Of a stretch of DNA of 64,000 bases, positions 29,540-39,387 are shown in pieces. The notes below the pieces were generated by a model. It saw nothing but the letters and a program-made list of their open reading frames with translations, ran no database searches and was not told the DNA's origin. Source of the stretch: Rhizomicrobium sp. (GTDB taxonomy: Bacteria > Pseudomonadota > Alphaproteobacteria > Micropepsales > Micropepsaceae); assembly GCA_036268825.1 (NCBI GenBank), contig DATATK010000130.1, positions 132 to 64,131 on the forward strand. The letters run 5' to 3'. The translations under genes were made by a program, and so were the position numbers. Every line of letters begins with the position of its first letter. The stretch's first letter is position 1.

Positions 29540-30763
29540 TCAGCGAAACCGGAAAATATCCGCGTCCTTGTCCGGCTCTCCCTTCAGCAAAGTCGGCACA
29601 ATCTGCGAGGCGATGACGCTGTAGATCGTGCCGTTGCCGCCGAAGCCCATCACGGCGAAGCAGTTGGGCATGCGCGGCACCCTATCGATGATCGGCAACC
29701 CGTCGTCGCTCTCGCCGAATGCGCCGGTCCAGCGATGCGAGATGGAAAAATCGAGCCCAGGAATGAGCTTGCGCGCCTTCACCGCGAGCCGCGCGGCTTT
29801 GCGGTCCAGACTCCGCGCACGATAAGAGGCCAGGTCGATATCCTCATCCTCGCCGCCGATGACGAGCCGTCCGTCCGGTGTCGTGCGCATATAGAGATAG
29901 GGATCGGCGGCCTCCCACACGAGCGTTTCGTCCAGCCAGCGCGGATAGTGCGCGCGCGGGCGCGTCGCGATGGCCCAGCTCGACGTGATTTTCGTGCCCT
30001 TGCGCGGCAGGCCCTTCATCAACTCGTAGCCGGTGCAGAGCACGCATTGCCGCGCCTCTATGAAATGTTCGCCAGTGTCGAGCATCACGCCGTGCCGGGT
30101 TGCCAGGATATCTTCGATCCGCACGGGGCTGTAGATCGCAACACCCGCTTGCGCCGCACGGCGCAACAGTCCCGCGGCAAGCTGTACAGGATTGGCGATG
30201 GCCGAACCGGGACTGAGGATCGCACCGGTGCGGTCGATGCCGAACTGCGCGCGCAACGCGGCCGCATCGAGATACTCGCCGGGCAGCCCCGCACGATGGC
30301 GCGCCTTGATCTCGCTCCGCAGTCCGCGAAATCCCATGCTGTCGCCCGCAAGATAGAGCGATTGCCGCCGCTCCAATCCGCAGCGGATCGCTTCTGTGCG
30401 AACGATCTCGACGAGATCCTGGGTCGCGCGATAGGATCGCTGCCAGGCGCGCGCCGCCTTCGGCCCGATCCTGTCGCGCAATTCCGTCAGCGGCGTATCG
30501 ATCTCGAACTGCAGCAGCGCGGTGGACGCGGCCGTGCTGCCATGCGCGGGCGTGCGCCGGTCGAGCACCGCGATCCGTTCGTACCGGCCGGCCAGCGCGT
30601 GCGCGAGGAACGCGCCGCTGATCCCCGCGCCGACGATGGCGACGTCGACCTTGATCGAATCGCGCAATCGTCGCATAGGCACGTGTGCGCCGCCGGAGTG
30701 GGCCCAGACGGGATTGCCCGAGACCAGCCGTTTCTCATCCGTCGCGGATTGTGATTTTCGCAT
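29540..30763 (-). CDS. FAD-dependent oxidoreductase (DAO family)
   Basis: VGAGISG, GSTAASTALLQFEID, PYLYMRTT, GFGGNGT. Confidence 0.9.
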   Translation of the reverse strand: MRKSQSATDEKRLVSGNPVWAHSGGAHVPMRRLRDSIKVDVAIVGAGISGAFLAHALAGRYERIAVLDRRTPAHGSTAASTALLQFEIDTPLTELRDRIGPKAARAWQRSYRATQDLVEIVRTEAIRCGLERRQSLYLAGDSMGFRGLRSEIKARHRAGLPGEYLDAAALRAQFGIDRTGAILSPGSAIANPVQLAAGLLRRAAQAGVAIYSPVRIEDILATRHGVMLDTGEHFIEARQCVLCTGYELMKGLPRKGTKITSSWAIATRPRAHYPRWLDETLVWEAADPYLYMRTTPDGRLVIGGEDEDIDLASYRARSLDRKAARLAVKARKLIPGLDFSISHRWTGAFGESDDGLPIIDRVPRMPNCFAVMGFGGNGTIYSVIASQIVPTLLKGEPDKDADIFRFR

Positions 30764-30782
30764 GGTCCCTGCCCGTTGCGCT

Positions 30783-30808
30783 AACGCGCCGGTCCGCGGC
30801 TTCGTTCC
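30783..30808 (-). promoter_or_regulatory. EcfG/sigmaT-type promoter
   Basis: Exact GGAAC-N17-CGTT about 20 nt upstream of the oxidoreductase start. Confidence 0.7.
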
Positions 30809-30845
30809 GGTTTCCTGGGGGCACGAAACACCCTATATATTCCGG

Positions 30846-31649
30846 ATGAACGCACCTGTTTCCGAACCCTTGGTCCTCGCCACGCGCGATGGCGCCGTGC
30901 TGCGCCTCACGCTCAACCGCCCGGCCGCGCGCAACGCGCTGAGCGAGGGGCTGATGGCCGCATTGCAAACCGCGCTCGACGATGCGGCCGCTGACAACGC
31001 CGTGCGCGTGGTGATCGTCGCCGCCAACGGCCCCGCCTTCTCCTCCGGTCACGACCTCAAGGAGATGACCGCGCGGCGCAAGGATGCGGACGGCGGCCAC
31101 GCCGCCTTCGCCGCGCTGTTCACGCAATGCTCCCGGCTGATGCAGACCGTCGTGCGCCACCCCAAGCCGGTGATCGCGCAGGTCCAGAGCATCGCCACAG
31201 CGGCGGGATGCCAGCTGGTCGCGAGCTGCGACCTGGCGGTGGCATCCTCGGTCGCGAAATTCGCCACGCCCGGCGTCAACATCGGCCTGTTCTGCTCCAC
31301 ACCGATGGTGGCGCTGTCGCGCAACGTCTCGCGCAAGCACGCTATGGAGATGCTGCTCACCGGCGAGATGGTGCCCGCCGAACGCGCCCGCGAGATCGGC
31401 CTCATCAACCGCGTCGTGGAGCCTCACGCGCTGGAGGCCGAAACGATGGCGCTGGCTCAACTGATCGCCTCCAAGCCCCGCACCACCGTCAAGATCGGCA
31501 AGGAAGCCTTCTACCGCCAGCTCGAAATGCCGCTCTCCGAAGCTTACGACTATGCCAGCCGCGTCATGACCGAAAACATGCTCGCCGCCGAAGCCCACGA
31601 AGGCATCGGCGCCTTCGTGGAAAAGCGCGATCCCAAGTGGCCGGAATGA
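30846..31649 (+). CDS. Enoyl-CoA hydratase family protein
   Basis: LNRPAARNAL, FSSGHDLKEM, ATAAGCQLVASCD, PGVNIGLFCSTP. Confidence 0.93.
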   Translation: MNAPVSEPLVLATRDGAVLRLTLNRPAARNALSEGLMAALQTALDDAAADNAVRVVIVAANGPAFSSGHDLKEMTARRKDADGGHAAFAALFTQCSRLMQTVVRHPKPVIAQVQSIATAAGCQLVASCDLAVASSVAKFATPGVNIGLFCSTPMVALSRNVSRKHAMEMLLTGEMVPAERAREIGLINRVVEPHALEAETMALAQLIASKPRTTVKIGKEAFYRQLEMPLSEAYDYASRVMTENMLAAEAHEGIGAFVEKRDPKWPE

Positions 31650-31672
31650 TGCCCCTCACAACGAGTTTGTAG

Positions 31673-32188
31673 ATGCCCACCTATACCGACGACGTCCTCA
31701 AATCGATCCTGCGCAGCACCAAGACCATCGCGATGGTGGGAGCGAGCGGCAATGAGATGCGGCCGAGTTATTTCGCGATGAAGTATTTGCTCGACAAGGG
31801 CTTCAAGGTGATCCCGATCAATCCGGGCATGGTGGGCAAGACGATCCTGGACCAGCCGGTCTATGGCTCGCTGAAGGACGCGCCCGCGCCCGTCGACATG
31901 GTCGATATCTTCCGCGCATCGGACGCGGCGCCCGGCATCGTGCGCGAAGCGCTGGGCGAGAAGGACCGGCTCGGCATCAAGACGATCTGGATGCAGCTTG
32001 GCGTGGTCAACGAAGAGGCCGCGAGCCTCGCGCGCGAGGCGGGGCTCGCCGTCGTCATGGATCGCTGCCCGAAGATCGAATATGGCCGGCTCTCCGGCGA
32101 GATATCCTGGCTGGGCGTCAACCGCCGCACCATCGACAACCGCAAGCCCTTGCTGTTCAGCAAGGGCGGCGCGCTGGGGCGCCGGTAG
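31673..32188 (+). CDS. CoA-binding protein (YccU-like)
   Basis: TIAMVGAS..RPS, DMVDIFR, IWMQLG, VVMDRCPKIE. Confidence 0.92.
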   Translation: MPTYTDDVLKSILRSTKTIAMVGASGNEMRPSYFAMKYLLDKGFKVIPINPGMVGKTILDQPVYGSLKDAPAPVDMVDIFRASDAAPGIVREALGEKDRLGIKTIWMQLGVVNEEAASLAREAGLAVVMDRCPKIEYGRLSGEISWLGVNRRTIDNRKPLLFSKGGALGRR

Positions 32189-32836
32189 ATGCTCAAGATC
32201 TGGGGCCGGCGCAATTCGGTCAATGTGCAGAAGGTAATGTGGGCGGTGGGCGAACTCGGCCTGCCGCACGAGCATGTCGATGCCGGCGGATCGTTCGGCG
32301 GGCTCGACACCGACGAATTCGGCGACATCAATCCCAACCGTCGCGTCCCCGCGATCGACGACGGCGGCACCATCGTCTGGGAGTCGCACGCTATCGTGCG
32401 CTATCTCGCCGCCAAATACGGCGCCGGCTCGCTCTGGCCCGACGACGCCGGGATGCGGGCCAAGTCCGACATGTGGATGGACTGGACGCTCGCCGACCTG
32501 CAGCCCGCTTTCATTGGCGGCGTCTTCTGGAACTTCTACCGCACGCCGGAGGCACAGCGGAACTGGAACCTGATCCGCCAGGGCATCGCCCGCAGCGCCA
32601 TATTGTTCCGCCTGCTCGACCGGCACCTGGAAGACAAGCCTTTCATCGCCGGCGACACGCTGACCATGGGCGACATCCCTGCAGGCGCCCAGCTCTACCG
32701 CTATTTCGAATTGGAAATAGACCGGCCGTCCCTGCCCAGCGTGGAGGGCTGGTATGCGCGGCTGCAGGAACGCGAAACCTTCCGCACCCATGTCATGGTG
32801 CCCTTTAACGAGCTCGAAGGACGCCTATCTTTCTAG
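32189..32836 (+). CDS. Glutathione S-transferase
   Basis: WGRRNSVNVQKV, NPNRRVP, WESHAIVRYL, GDTLTMGDI. Confidence 0.93.
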   Translation: MLKIWGRRNSVNVQKVMWAVGELGLPHEHVDAGGSFGGLDTDEFGDINPNRRVPAIDDGGTIVWESHAIVRYLAAKYGAGSLWPDDAGMRAKSDMWMDWTLADLQPAFIGGVFWNFYRTPEAQRNWNLIRQGIARSAILFRLLDRHLEDKPFIAGDTLTMGDIPAGAQLYRYFELEIDRPSLPSVEGWYARLQERETFRTHVMVPFNELEGRLSF

Positions 32837-32877
32837 CGTGGCCGCGAGACGGCCGGACGCCTGGGAGGATTACGGCC

Positions 32878-33123
32878 ATGAGACTGATGTTCGCGGGGCT
32901 TGCCCTGATCGCCCTCTTCGCCCTGCCCGCCACGTCGGGCCTGGTCGACGCCAAAGGCTGCATAAAGGGCGCTGTGGTCGGCGGCGTCGGCGGCCACTTC
33001 CTCCACCACCCGGTGCTCGGCGCCCTCGCCGGCTGCGCCATCGGCCATCACGAAGCCGTCAAAAAGGACCGCGCACTCAAGGCCGCCGCCGCGCAGAAGC
33101 CGCCGGTGCAGCACGCGCATTAA
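32878..33123 (+). CDS. Small secreted glycine-zipper-like protein
   Basis: GGGAGG RBS, signal peptide, KGCIKGAVVGGVGGH..H..LGALAGCAIGHH. Confidence 0.75.
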   Translation: MRLMFAGLALIALFALPATSGLVDAKGCIKGAVVGGVGGHFLHHPVLGALAGCAIGHHEAVKKDRALKAAAAQKPPVQHAH

Positions 33124-33189
33124 GACGCCATTGAAGTGTTAGGTTTTGCGCTATAACAGCCGCGACGCATTCGCGACTGGAGCCAAGCA

Positions 33190-33984
33190 TTGACCGACAA
33201 GCCGAGGACATCCACCGTCAACGCGAAGCTTTGGGGCGCACGGGCGCGCGACTGGGCGGACCTCCAGGAAGGCCAGATGAAGCCTGCCTATGAAGCGATG
33301 CTGTCGCGCTTCGTGACGGCGGGTACGCGCTATCTGGACGTGGGCTGCGGCTCCGGCATGGCGGCGCAGGTGGCCGCCGCGCGCGGCGCAAAGGTCAGCG
33401 GAACGGATGCCGCCGATCCCATGCTGGCAATCGCGCGCGAACGCACGCCGGGCGGTGACTTCCGCAACGCCGATCTCGAAGAGCTTCCCTTCGCCAACGC
33501 GACGTTCGGCTTCGTGACCGGATTCAACGCGTTCCAATATGCGGGCAATCCGGTAAAGGCCCTCGCCGAGGCCGGCCGTGTCACAAAGCCGGACGGTCAT
33601 ATCGTCGTCATGACATGGGGCCCGCCCGACAATATGCAGGCCGCCTCGCTGCTCGCGGCGTTGCGTCCGCTCTTGCCCGCGCCGCCGCCCGGCGCGCCCG
33701 GGCCGTTCGCGCTTTCGGATGAGACAGCGTTGCGCGCGCTGGCAACATCTGCCGGGCTTACGCCGGGCGATATCGTGGATGTGGAATGCGCATTCCAATA
33801 TGCCGATCTCGCCATCGGGCAGCGCGCCCTGGGGTCGGCTGGTGTCGCGGTGCGCGCGGTCGAGAACTCCAGCGACGCGGCGGTCGATGAGGCGCACGCC
33901 AAGGCGCTGGCGCCGTTCCGGCAGGCGGACGGCAGCTATCGCATCCAGGCCTCGTTCCGTTGCCTGATTGCGCGGCCCGGCTGA
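33190..33984 (+). CDS. Class I SAM-dependent methyltransferase
   Basis: LDVGCGSG, DLEELPF, GPFALS; TTG start with GGAG RBS. Confidence 0.88.
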   Translation: MTDKPRTSTVNAKLWGARARDWADLQEGQMKPAYEAMLSRFVTAGTRYLDVGCGSGMAAQVAAARGAKVSGTDAADPMLAIARERTPGGDFRNADLEELPFANATFGFVTGFNAFQYAGNPVKALAEAGRVTKPDGHIVVMTWGPPDNMQAASLLAALRPLLPAPPPGAPGPFALSDETALRALATSAGLTPGDIVDVECAFQYADLAIGQRALGSAGVAVRAVENSSDAAVDEAHAKALAPFRQADGSYRIQASFRCLIARPG

Positions 33985-34024
33985 TTCCGCGATAACGATT
34001 CCAGACTTGCCGGGAGTTCCGCCG

Positions 34025-35299
34025 ATGAACGAATACGGTTTCAACACGCTGGCCGTCCATGCCGGCGCCCAGCCCGATCCCGCCACCGGCGCGCGCGCAA
34101 CGCCGATCTACCAGACGACGGCGTTCGCTTTCGAGAACGCGGATCATGCGGCAGCGTTGTTCAACCTGCAGGTCTTCGGCAACATCTATTCGCGCATCAT
34201 GAACCCGACCAACGCGGTGCTCGAAGAGCGCATCGCGGCACTGGAGAACGGCCGCACCGGCCTCGCGGTCGCGTCGGGCCACGCGGCGCAGCTCATCGCG
34301 CTGCACACCTTGATGAGCCCGGGCGATCACATCGTCGCGGCGCGCCAGCTTTATGGCGGCTCGATCAACCAGTTCAGCCAGGGCTTCGCGAAATTCGACT
34401 GGCATGTCGGCTGGGCCGACGCGCGCGAGCCAGATTCGTTCAAGCGCGCGCTGACCGACCGCACCAAGGCTATCTTCATCGAAAGCATCGCCAATCCGGG
34501 CGGCATCGTCACCGACATCGAAGCCATCGCCGCTGTCGCGCATGAGGCGGGCGTGCCCCTGATCGTCGACAACACGCTGGCGTCGCCCTATCTGATCCGG
34601 CCGATCGAATGGGGCGCAGACATCGTCGTCCATTCGGGCACGAAATTTCTCGGCGGCCACGGCAATTCGATGTGCGGGCTGATCGTGGACTCGGGCAAGT
34701 TCGATTGGGGCAGCGGCAAGTACCCGACGCTCAGCGAACCGTGCCCATCCTATCACGGCATCCGCCTGTGGGAGACGTTCGGCGATCTCGCTTACGCCAC
34801 GGCCTGCCGCGTGCTCGGCCTGCGCGATCTCGGGCCGGCGCTGTCGCCGTTCAACGCCTTCATGGTGCTGACGGGAATCGAAACGCTGCCCCTGCGCATG
34901 CAGAAGCATTGCGACAACGCCTTGCAGATCGCGCTATGGCTGAAATCACACCCCAAAGTCGAATGGGTGAGCTATGCCGGGCTGGAAGACGATCCCTGCT
35001 ACAATCTGCACCGGCTCTATTGTCCCAAGGGCGCGGGCGCGGTGTTCACCTTCGGTGTAAAGGGCGGCTTCGAGGCGGGCATGGCGCTGGTCAACGGCGT
35101 GAAGATCGTCAGCCATCTCGCCAATGTCGGCGACACGCGCAGCCTGATCATCCACCCCGCCTCCACCACGCATCGCCAGCTCAACGAAGAGCAGCGCAAG
35201 GCGGCCGGCGCAGGCTCGGACGTCGTGCGCCTCTCCATCGGCATCGAAAACGCCGAAGACATCATCGCGGACCTCGATCAGGCGCTGGCGGGGGCGTAG
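34025..35299 (+). CDS. metY: O-acetylhomoserine aminocarboxypropyltransferase
   Basis: PIYQTT, IYSRIMNPT, HSGTKFLGGHG (PLP Lys), HLANVGDTRSLIIHPASTTH. Confidence 0.92.
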   Translation: MNEYGFNTLAVHAGAQPDPATGARATPIYQTTAFAFENADHAAALFNLQVFGNIYSRIMNPTNAVLEERIAALENGRTGLAVASGHAAQLIALHTLMSPGDHIVAARQLYGGSINQFSQGFAKFDWHVGWADAREPDSFKRALTDRTKAIFIESIANPGGIVTDIEAIAAVAHEAGVPLIVDNTLASPYLIRPIEWGADIVVHSGTKFLGGHGNSMCGLIVDSGKFDWGSGKYPTLSEPCPSYHGIRLWETFGDLAYATACRVLGLRDLGPALSPFNAFMVLTGIETLPLRMQKHCDNALQIALWLKSHPKVEWVSYAGLEDDPCYNLHRLYCPKGAGAVFTFGVKGGFEAGMALVNGVKIVSHLANVGDTRSLIIHPASTTHRQLNEEQRKAAGAGSDVVRLSIGIENAEDIIADLDQALAGA

Positions 35300-35307
35300 T
35301 TCTTTTC

Positions 35308-35469
35308 ACCCTCCCCTTGAGGGAGGGTCGAAAACGCTCTTGCGTTTTCGGGAAGGGGCTCATTCAACGGCGGCGAAATGAGTTTTCTCGACGCAATCGG
35401 ATAGCGGGAGGGGTGAGCCCCTTCCCGAAAAATGCTTTGCATTTTTCGACCCTCCCTCAAGGGGAGGGT
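35308..35469. repeat. Branched palindromic repeat, subfamily I, between convergent metY and ctaA
   Basis: ACCCTCCCCTTGAGGGAGGGTCGAAAA...TTTTCGACCCTCCCTCAAGGGGAGGGT with a longer central spacer. Confidence 0.9.
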
Positions 35470-36515
35470 AAAGAAGCACGCCGCAACTCATACCCATGCC
35501 ACAGCGCCGCGCTGAACAGCGCGACCGCCGTCGCCTGATGGGCGGCGGCGAGTGCGGTGGGAGCCTGGTTCAGCAGGGTGAGGATGCCGAGCACGATCTG
35601 GAACGCGGTGAAGCCGAGCACGAGATCGCCGCTCGTCCGCGCCGGGCCCGCGAGCTTGGCGCGGCGCCCGCGCAACCACAGCGCGACGGCGGCGATCGCG
35701 ACGGTGTACGCCACCATGCGGTGGTCGAATTGCGCGAGGCCGGCGTTTTCGAAGAAGTTGAGGAACCACGGTTTGACGAACCACACCGCGTCCGGGAAGA
35801 AATGGCCGTCCATGCTGGGCCAGGTGTTGTAGACCAGCCCGGCGTGCAGCCCCGCGACGATGGCGCCGAGCAGCATCTGGAAATAGACAAGCCCGGCGAA
35901 GCCGAGCGTCCAGTTCGCAAACGGTGCGGCGCGCGCAACGGCAGGCTTCGGGCGCAGATATTCGAACGCCGTCCACAGGATCGCGCCGAACAGGATGATG
36001 GCGACGCCGAGGTGCAGCGCGAGCCGGTATTGCGAGACGGAGACGCGCGTCTCCAATCCGCTCTCCACCATCCACCAACCGACAAAGCCCTGCACCCCGC
36101 CCAGCAGGAACAGCACGACCATGCGCGGGATCTGCGCGCGCTTGATTGCCCCGCGCCATGCGAACCAGGCGAACGGCACGAAGAACACCACGCCCAGCAC
36201 GCGGCCGAGCAGACGATGCGTCCACTCCCACCAGAAGATGCCCTTGAACGCATCCAGCGACATGCCCTGGTGCTCAAGGATATATTGCGGGATCTGCTGA
36301 TATTTGTGGAACGCATCCATCCACGCCGCTGTGCTGAGCGGCGGGATCACGCCCATGATCGGGTCCCATTGCGTGATCGAAAGCCCCGAGCCTGTCAGCC
36401 GCGTGAGCCCGCCGATGGTCACCATGCAAGCGATCACCAGCGCGATGCCGAGCAGCCAGAGGCCGACGGCGCGCGGCCCGGGATTCCACAAACGCGATTG
36501 GGTGACGACTGTCAT
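35457..36515 (-). CDS. ctaA: Heme A synthase (COX15/CtaA type 2)
   Basis: GGLTRLTGSGLSI, WEWTHRLLGR, GWWMVESG, RLALHL, QFDHR, HQ. Confidence 0.95.
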   Translation of the reverse strand: MTVVTQSRLWNPGPRAVGLWLLGIALVIACMVTIGGLTRLTGSGLSITQWDPIMGVIPPLSTAAWMDAFHKYQQIPQYILEHQGMSLDAFKGIFWWEWTHRLLGRVLGVVFFVPFAWFAWRGAIKRAQIPRMVVLFLLGGVQGFVGWWMVESGLETRVSVSQYRLALHLGVAIILFGAILWTAFEYLRPKPAVARAAPFANWTLGFAGLVYFQMLLGAIVAGLHAGLVYNTWPSMDGHFFPDAVWFVKPWFLNFFENAGLAQFDHRMVAYTVAIAAVALWLRGRRAKLAGPARTSGDLVLGFTAFQIVLGILTLLNQAPTALAAAHQATAVALFSAALWHGYELRRASLPSP

Positions 36516-36623
36516 GGCCTCCCTTTAATCCGGCGGCGCGCGGCGGTCCATGCGGCCCTTCGGCCTTGCCTTTGGCCTGCGGCCCGACGCAATCTTGCCG
36601 GGTCGATCCGGGGGGAACGTCCC

Positions 36624-38333
36624 ATGAAAATCCGCGCCCTTGTTCTGGCCTCCGCCGCCGTCGTTCTGGCGGCGTGTTCCGCGCCGAAGGACGAGCCGAT
36701 GTCCGGCATGGGCGGGATGCCGCCGATGAAGATGGCGCCGATGCCGGCGGCCTATATGGGCGAGGCCGACAAGCCGGGCGCGCCGGTGTTCAACGGGCTG
36801 GGCACGCTGCATCACGCGATCAGCACGAAGAACGCGCAGACGCAGAAGCTCTTCGACCAGGGCATCGACCTGATGATCGGCTTCAACCACGCCGAGGCGA
36901 TCCGCTCGTTCCGCGAGGCCGCGCGGCTCGATCCGGATTGCGCGATGTGCTGGTGGGGCGTGTCCGTCGCGCTGGGGCCGAACATCAACATGAACATGCC
37001 GAAAGACGCCGTCACGCCCGCCTGGCAGGCGCTGAAGATGGCGCAGTCGCTGGAGCCTCATGCCTCGCCGGAGGAGCGCGAATGGATCGAGGCACTGTCC
37101 GCCCGTTATTCGCCAGATCCCAAGGCCGACCGCGCCAAGCTCGACGAAGCCTATGCACAAGCGATGGGCAAGCTCTGGCATGACCATCCCGAAGATCTCG
37201 ATGCCGGCGTGTTCTATGCGGAGGCGATGATGGACACGCAGCCCTGGGATTACTGGCAGGCCGACAACAAGACACCCAAAGGCCATGGCGCCGAGATCGT
37301 CTCGGTGCTGGAGAGCGTCATCGCGCGCGCGCCCAATCATCCGGGCGCGCTGCATCTCTACATCCATGCCGTCGAAGCCTCTACCACGCCGGAGCGCGCG
37401 GAAGCCGCCGCCGACCGTCTCGAATCGCTGATGCCCGATGCCGGCCACGTCGTGCACATGCCGTCGCACATCTACTATCGCGTTGGACGCTATGCCGATG
37501 CCGCGCATGTCAACGAGCTCGCGGCGCAATCCGACGAGCGTTACATCGCGAACTGCAAGGCGCAGGGCTATTACCCGGTCGGCTATTACGGCCACAACAT
37601 CCACTTCCTGTGGACGTCGTCCGAGATGATGGGCCGCTACGCCGCCTCCATCGATGCCGCGCGGCGCTTGGTGAAGGCCATCGGCCCGGACGCCACCAGG
37701 ACCAACCCCGGCGCGCAGCTCTTCTACTTCACGCCCGTCGCGACCTTGCTGCGCTTCGGCAAATGGGACGCGATCCTCGCCGAGCCGCTGCCGCCGGACG
37801 GCCGCGCGCTGGACCTCGCGGTGTCGCTCTATGCGCGTGGCTTTGCCTTCGCCAATACCGGCGACCTGAAACAAGCGCGCGACGCCCGCGCGAAACTCGC
37901 CGCTCTGGTGGGCGGAACGGGCCTGGCCGAGCTGGACGCGGACGACGTGCCCGCCAGCCGGATGTCGGAAATGGCGCTCGATCTGCTCGACGGCGAGATC
38001 GCCCGCAAATCGGGTCATCTGAGCGATGCGGTCGCCGATTTCACCAAGGCCCGCGCCATCGAAATCGCCCTGCCCTATAACGAACCGCCCGACTGGCATC
38101 AGCCGGTGAGCCACCTGCTCGGCGCCGCGCTCCTCCAGGCGCATCGTCCGGCCGACGCTGAAGCGGTCTATCGCGACAGCCTGACGCGCTACCGCATCGA
38201 CGGCTGGGCGCTGTTCGGCCTGGCCCAATCGCTCGACGCGCAAGGCAAGACGGCGGAAGCGGCGAAGGTGCGCAAGCAATTCGCCATGGCGTGGCAGCTT
38301 GCAGACGTGAAACTCACCAGTTCCCGATTCTGA
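36624..38333 (+). CDS. TPR-like lipoprotein
   Basis: Lipobox LAAC; FNH.EA.RSF, CAMCWWG, HPGALHLYIH, HMPSHIY, TPR-like helices. Confidence 0.8.
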   Translation: MKIRALVLASAAVVLAACSAPKDEPMSGMGGMPPMKMAPMPAAYMGEADKPGAPVFNGLGTLHHAISTKNAQTQKLFDQGIDLMIGFNHAEAIRSFREAARLDPDCAMCWWGVSVALGPNINMNMPKDAVTPAWQALKMAQSLEPHASPEEREWIEALSARYSPDPKADRAKLDEAYAQAMGKLWHDHPEDLDAGVFYAEAMMDTQPWDYWQADNKTPKGHGAEIVSVLESVIARAPNHPGALHLYIHAVEASTTPERAEAAADRLESLMPDAGHVVHMPSHIYYRVGRYADAAHVNELAAQSDERYIANCKAQGYYPVGYYGHNIHFLWTSSEMMGRYAASIDAARRLVKAIGPDATRTNPGAQLFYFTPVATLLRFGKWDAILAEPLPPDGRALDLAVSLYARGFAFANTGDLKQARDARAKLAALVGGTGLAELDADDVPASRMSEMALDLLDGEIARKSGHLSDAVADFTKARAIEIALPYNEPPDWHQPVSHLLGAALLQAHRPADAEAVYRDSLTRYRIDGWALFGLAQSLDAQGKTAEAAKVRKQFAMAWQLADVKLTSSRF

Positions 38334-38340
38334 GGTTCGG

Positions 38341-39213
38341 ATGACCATTCGCGATCATGCGTTCACGTTCAACGGCGCCGACGGCGAGCGCATCGCCGCT
38401 TGGCGCTGGTCCGGCGACGCGCCGGTGCGAGGCGTGCTGCAGATCGCGCACGGCATGGGCGAGCACGCGCTGCGCTATCGCGAGCCGCTCATCCCCATCA
38501 TCGAAAGCGGCATCGTCGTCTATGCCAACGACCATCGCGGCCATGGCCGCACCGCTAAGAGCAAAGAGGCGCTGGGCGATTTCGGCACGGGCGGATTCCC
38601 CGCGCTGCCAGCTGACATGGCGATTCTCAGTGTCATCGCGCGCGCCGGGAACGCGGACAAGAAATTGATCCTGCTGGGCCACAGCATGGGCTCCTTTGCG
38701 CTGCAGCTTTACCTGCTGGACCACAGCGCACTGATCGATGGCGCCATCCTGTCCGGCTCCGCGGCGCTTGATCTTCTGGCACAGGCCTCCGACCTGTCGG
38801 GCGGGTTGGAGTCGTTCAATGCCGCGTTCGAGCCGGCGCGCACGCCGTTCGACTGGCTATCCCGCGATGAAAAGGAAGTCGACAAATATATCGCCGATCC
38901 GCTCTGCGGCTTTTCGGTGAACGCGGAATCACAGGCCAGCATGTTCGGCGCTTTGATGCGCGCGATGGACCCGGCCGCGCTCAAAGCGATTCGCGCAGAC
39001 CTGCCGATCCATCTCATCGCGGGCGACAGGGACCCGGTGAACGGCAACCTGAAATTCCTGACTCCGTTGGCTGACCGCTACCGCGCTGCCGGCGTGCGCG
39101 ACGTGACGACGAAGTTCTACAAGGACGGCCGCCACGAGATGCTCAATGAGACCAACCGCGAAGAGGTCGTCTCGGATTTGAAGGCGTGGATGGGTGGGGT
39201 GGTTTCTCTCTAA
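38341..39213 (+). CDS. Alpha/beta hydrolase (lysophospholipase-like)
   Basis: HGMGEH..RY, DHRGHG, GHSMGS, RHEMLNE. Confidence 0.92.
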   Translation: MTIRDHAFTFNGADGERIAAWRWSGDAPVRGVLQIAHGMGEHALRYREPLIPIIESGIVVYANDHRGHGRTAKSKEALGDFGTGGFPALPADMAILSVIARAGNADKKLILLGHSMGSFALQLYLLDHSALIDGAILSGSAALDLLAQASDLSGGLESFNAAFEPARTPFDWLSRDEKEVDKYIADPLCGFSVNAESQASMFGALMRAMDPAALKAIRADLPIHLIAGDRDPVNGNLKFLTPLADRYRAAGVRDVTTKFYKDGRHEMLNETNREEVVSDLKAWMGGVVSL

Positions 39214-39225
39214 CCGCAAAACGAA

Positions 39226-39360
39226 GTTGTCATCCCCGGCGAGCAGCGCGCTAGCGCGATGTGAGGGAAGGGGAACCAGGCATTGAAGCATTCGAGATGC
39301 CCAACCACCTGGATTCCCTTCCCCTCACTCCCAACCGGTCGTTCGGCCGGGGATGACAAC
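39226..39360. repeat. REP-like palindromic element of a second family (GTCATCCCCGGC type)
   Basis: Perfect 15-bp terminal inverted repeat GTTGTCATCCCCGGC/GCCGGGGATGACAAC with an internal GAGGGAAGGGGAACCAGG/CCTGGATTCCCTTCCCCTC stem; between convergent genes. Confidence 0.8.
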
Positions 39361-39387
39361 GGAGTTTAACGTGCAAGCAGTGCCGTT

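Noticed and set aside
35496-36623. N-terminal extension of the 945-aa ORF
   Set aside because: Antisense shadow of ctaA; the lipoprotein signal begins at 36624.
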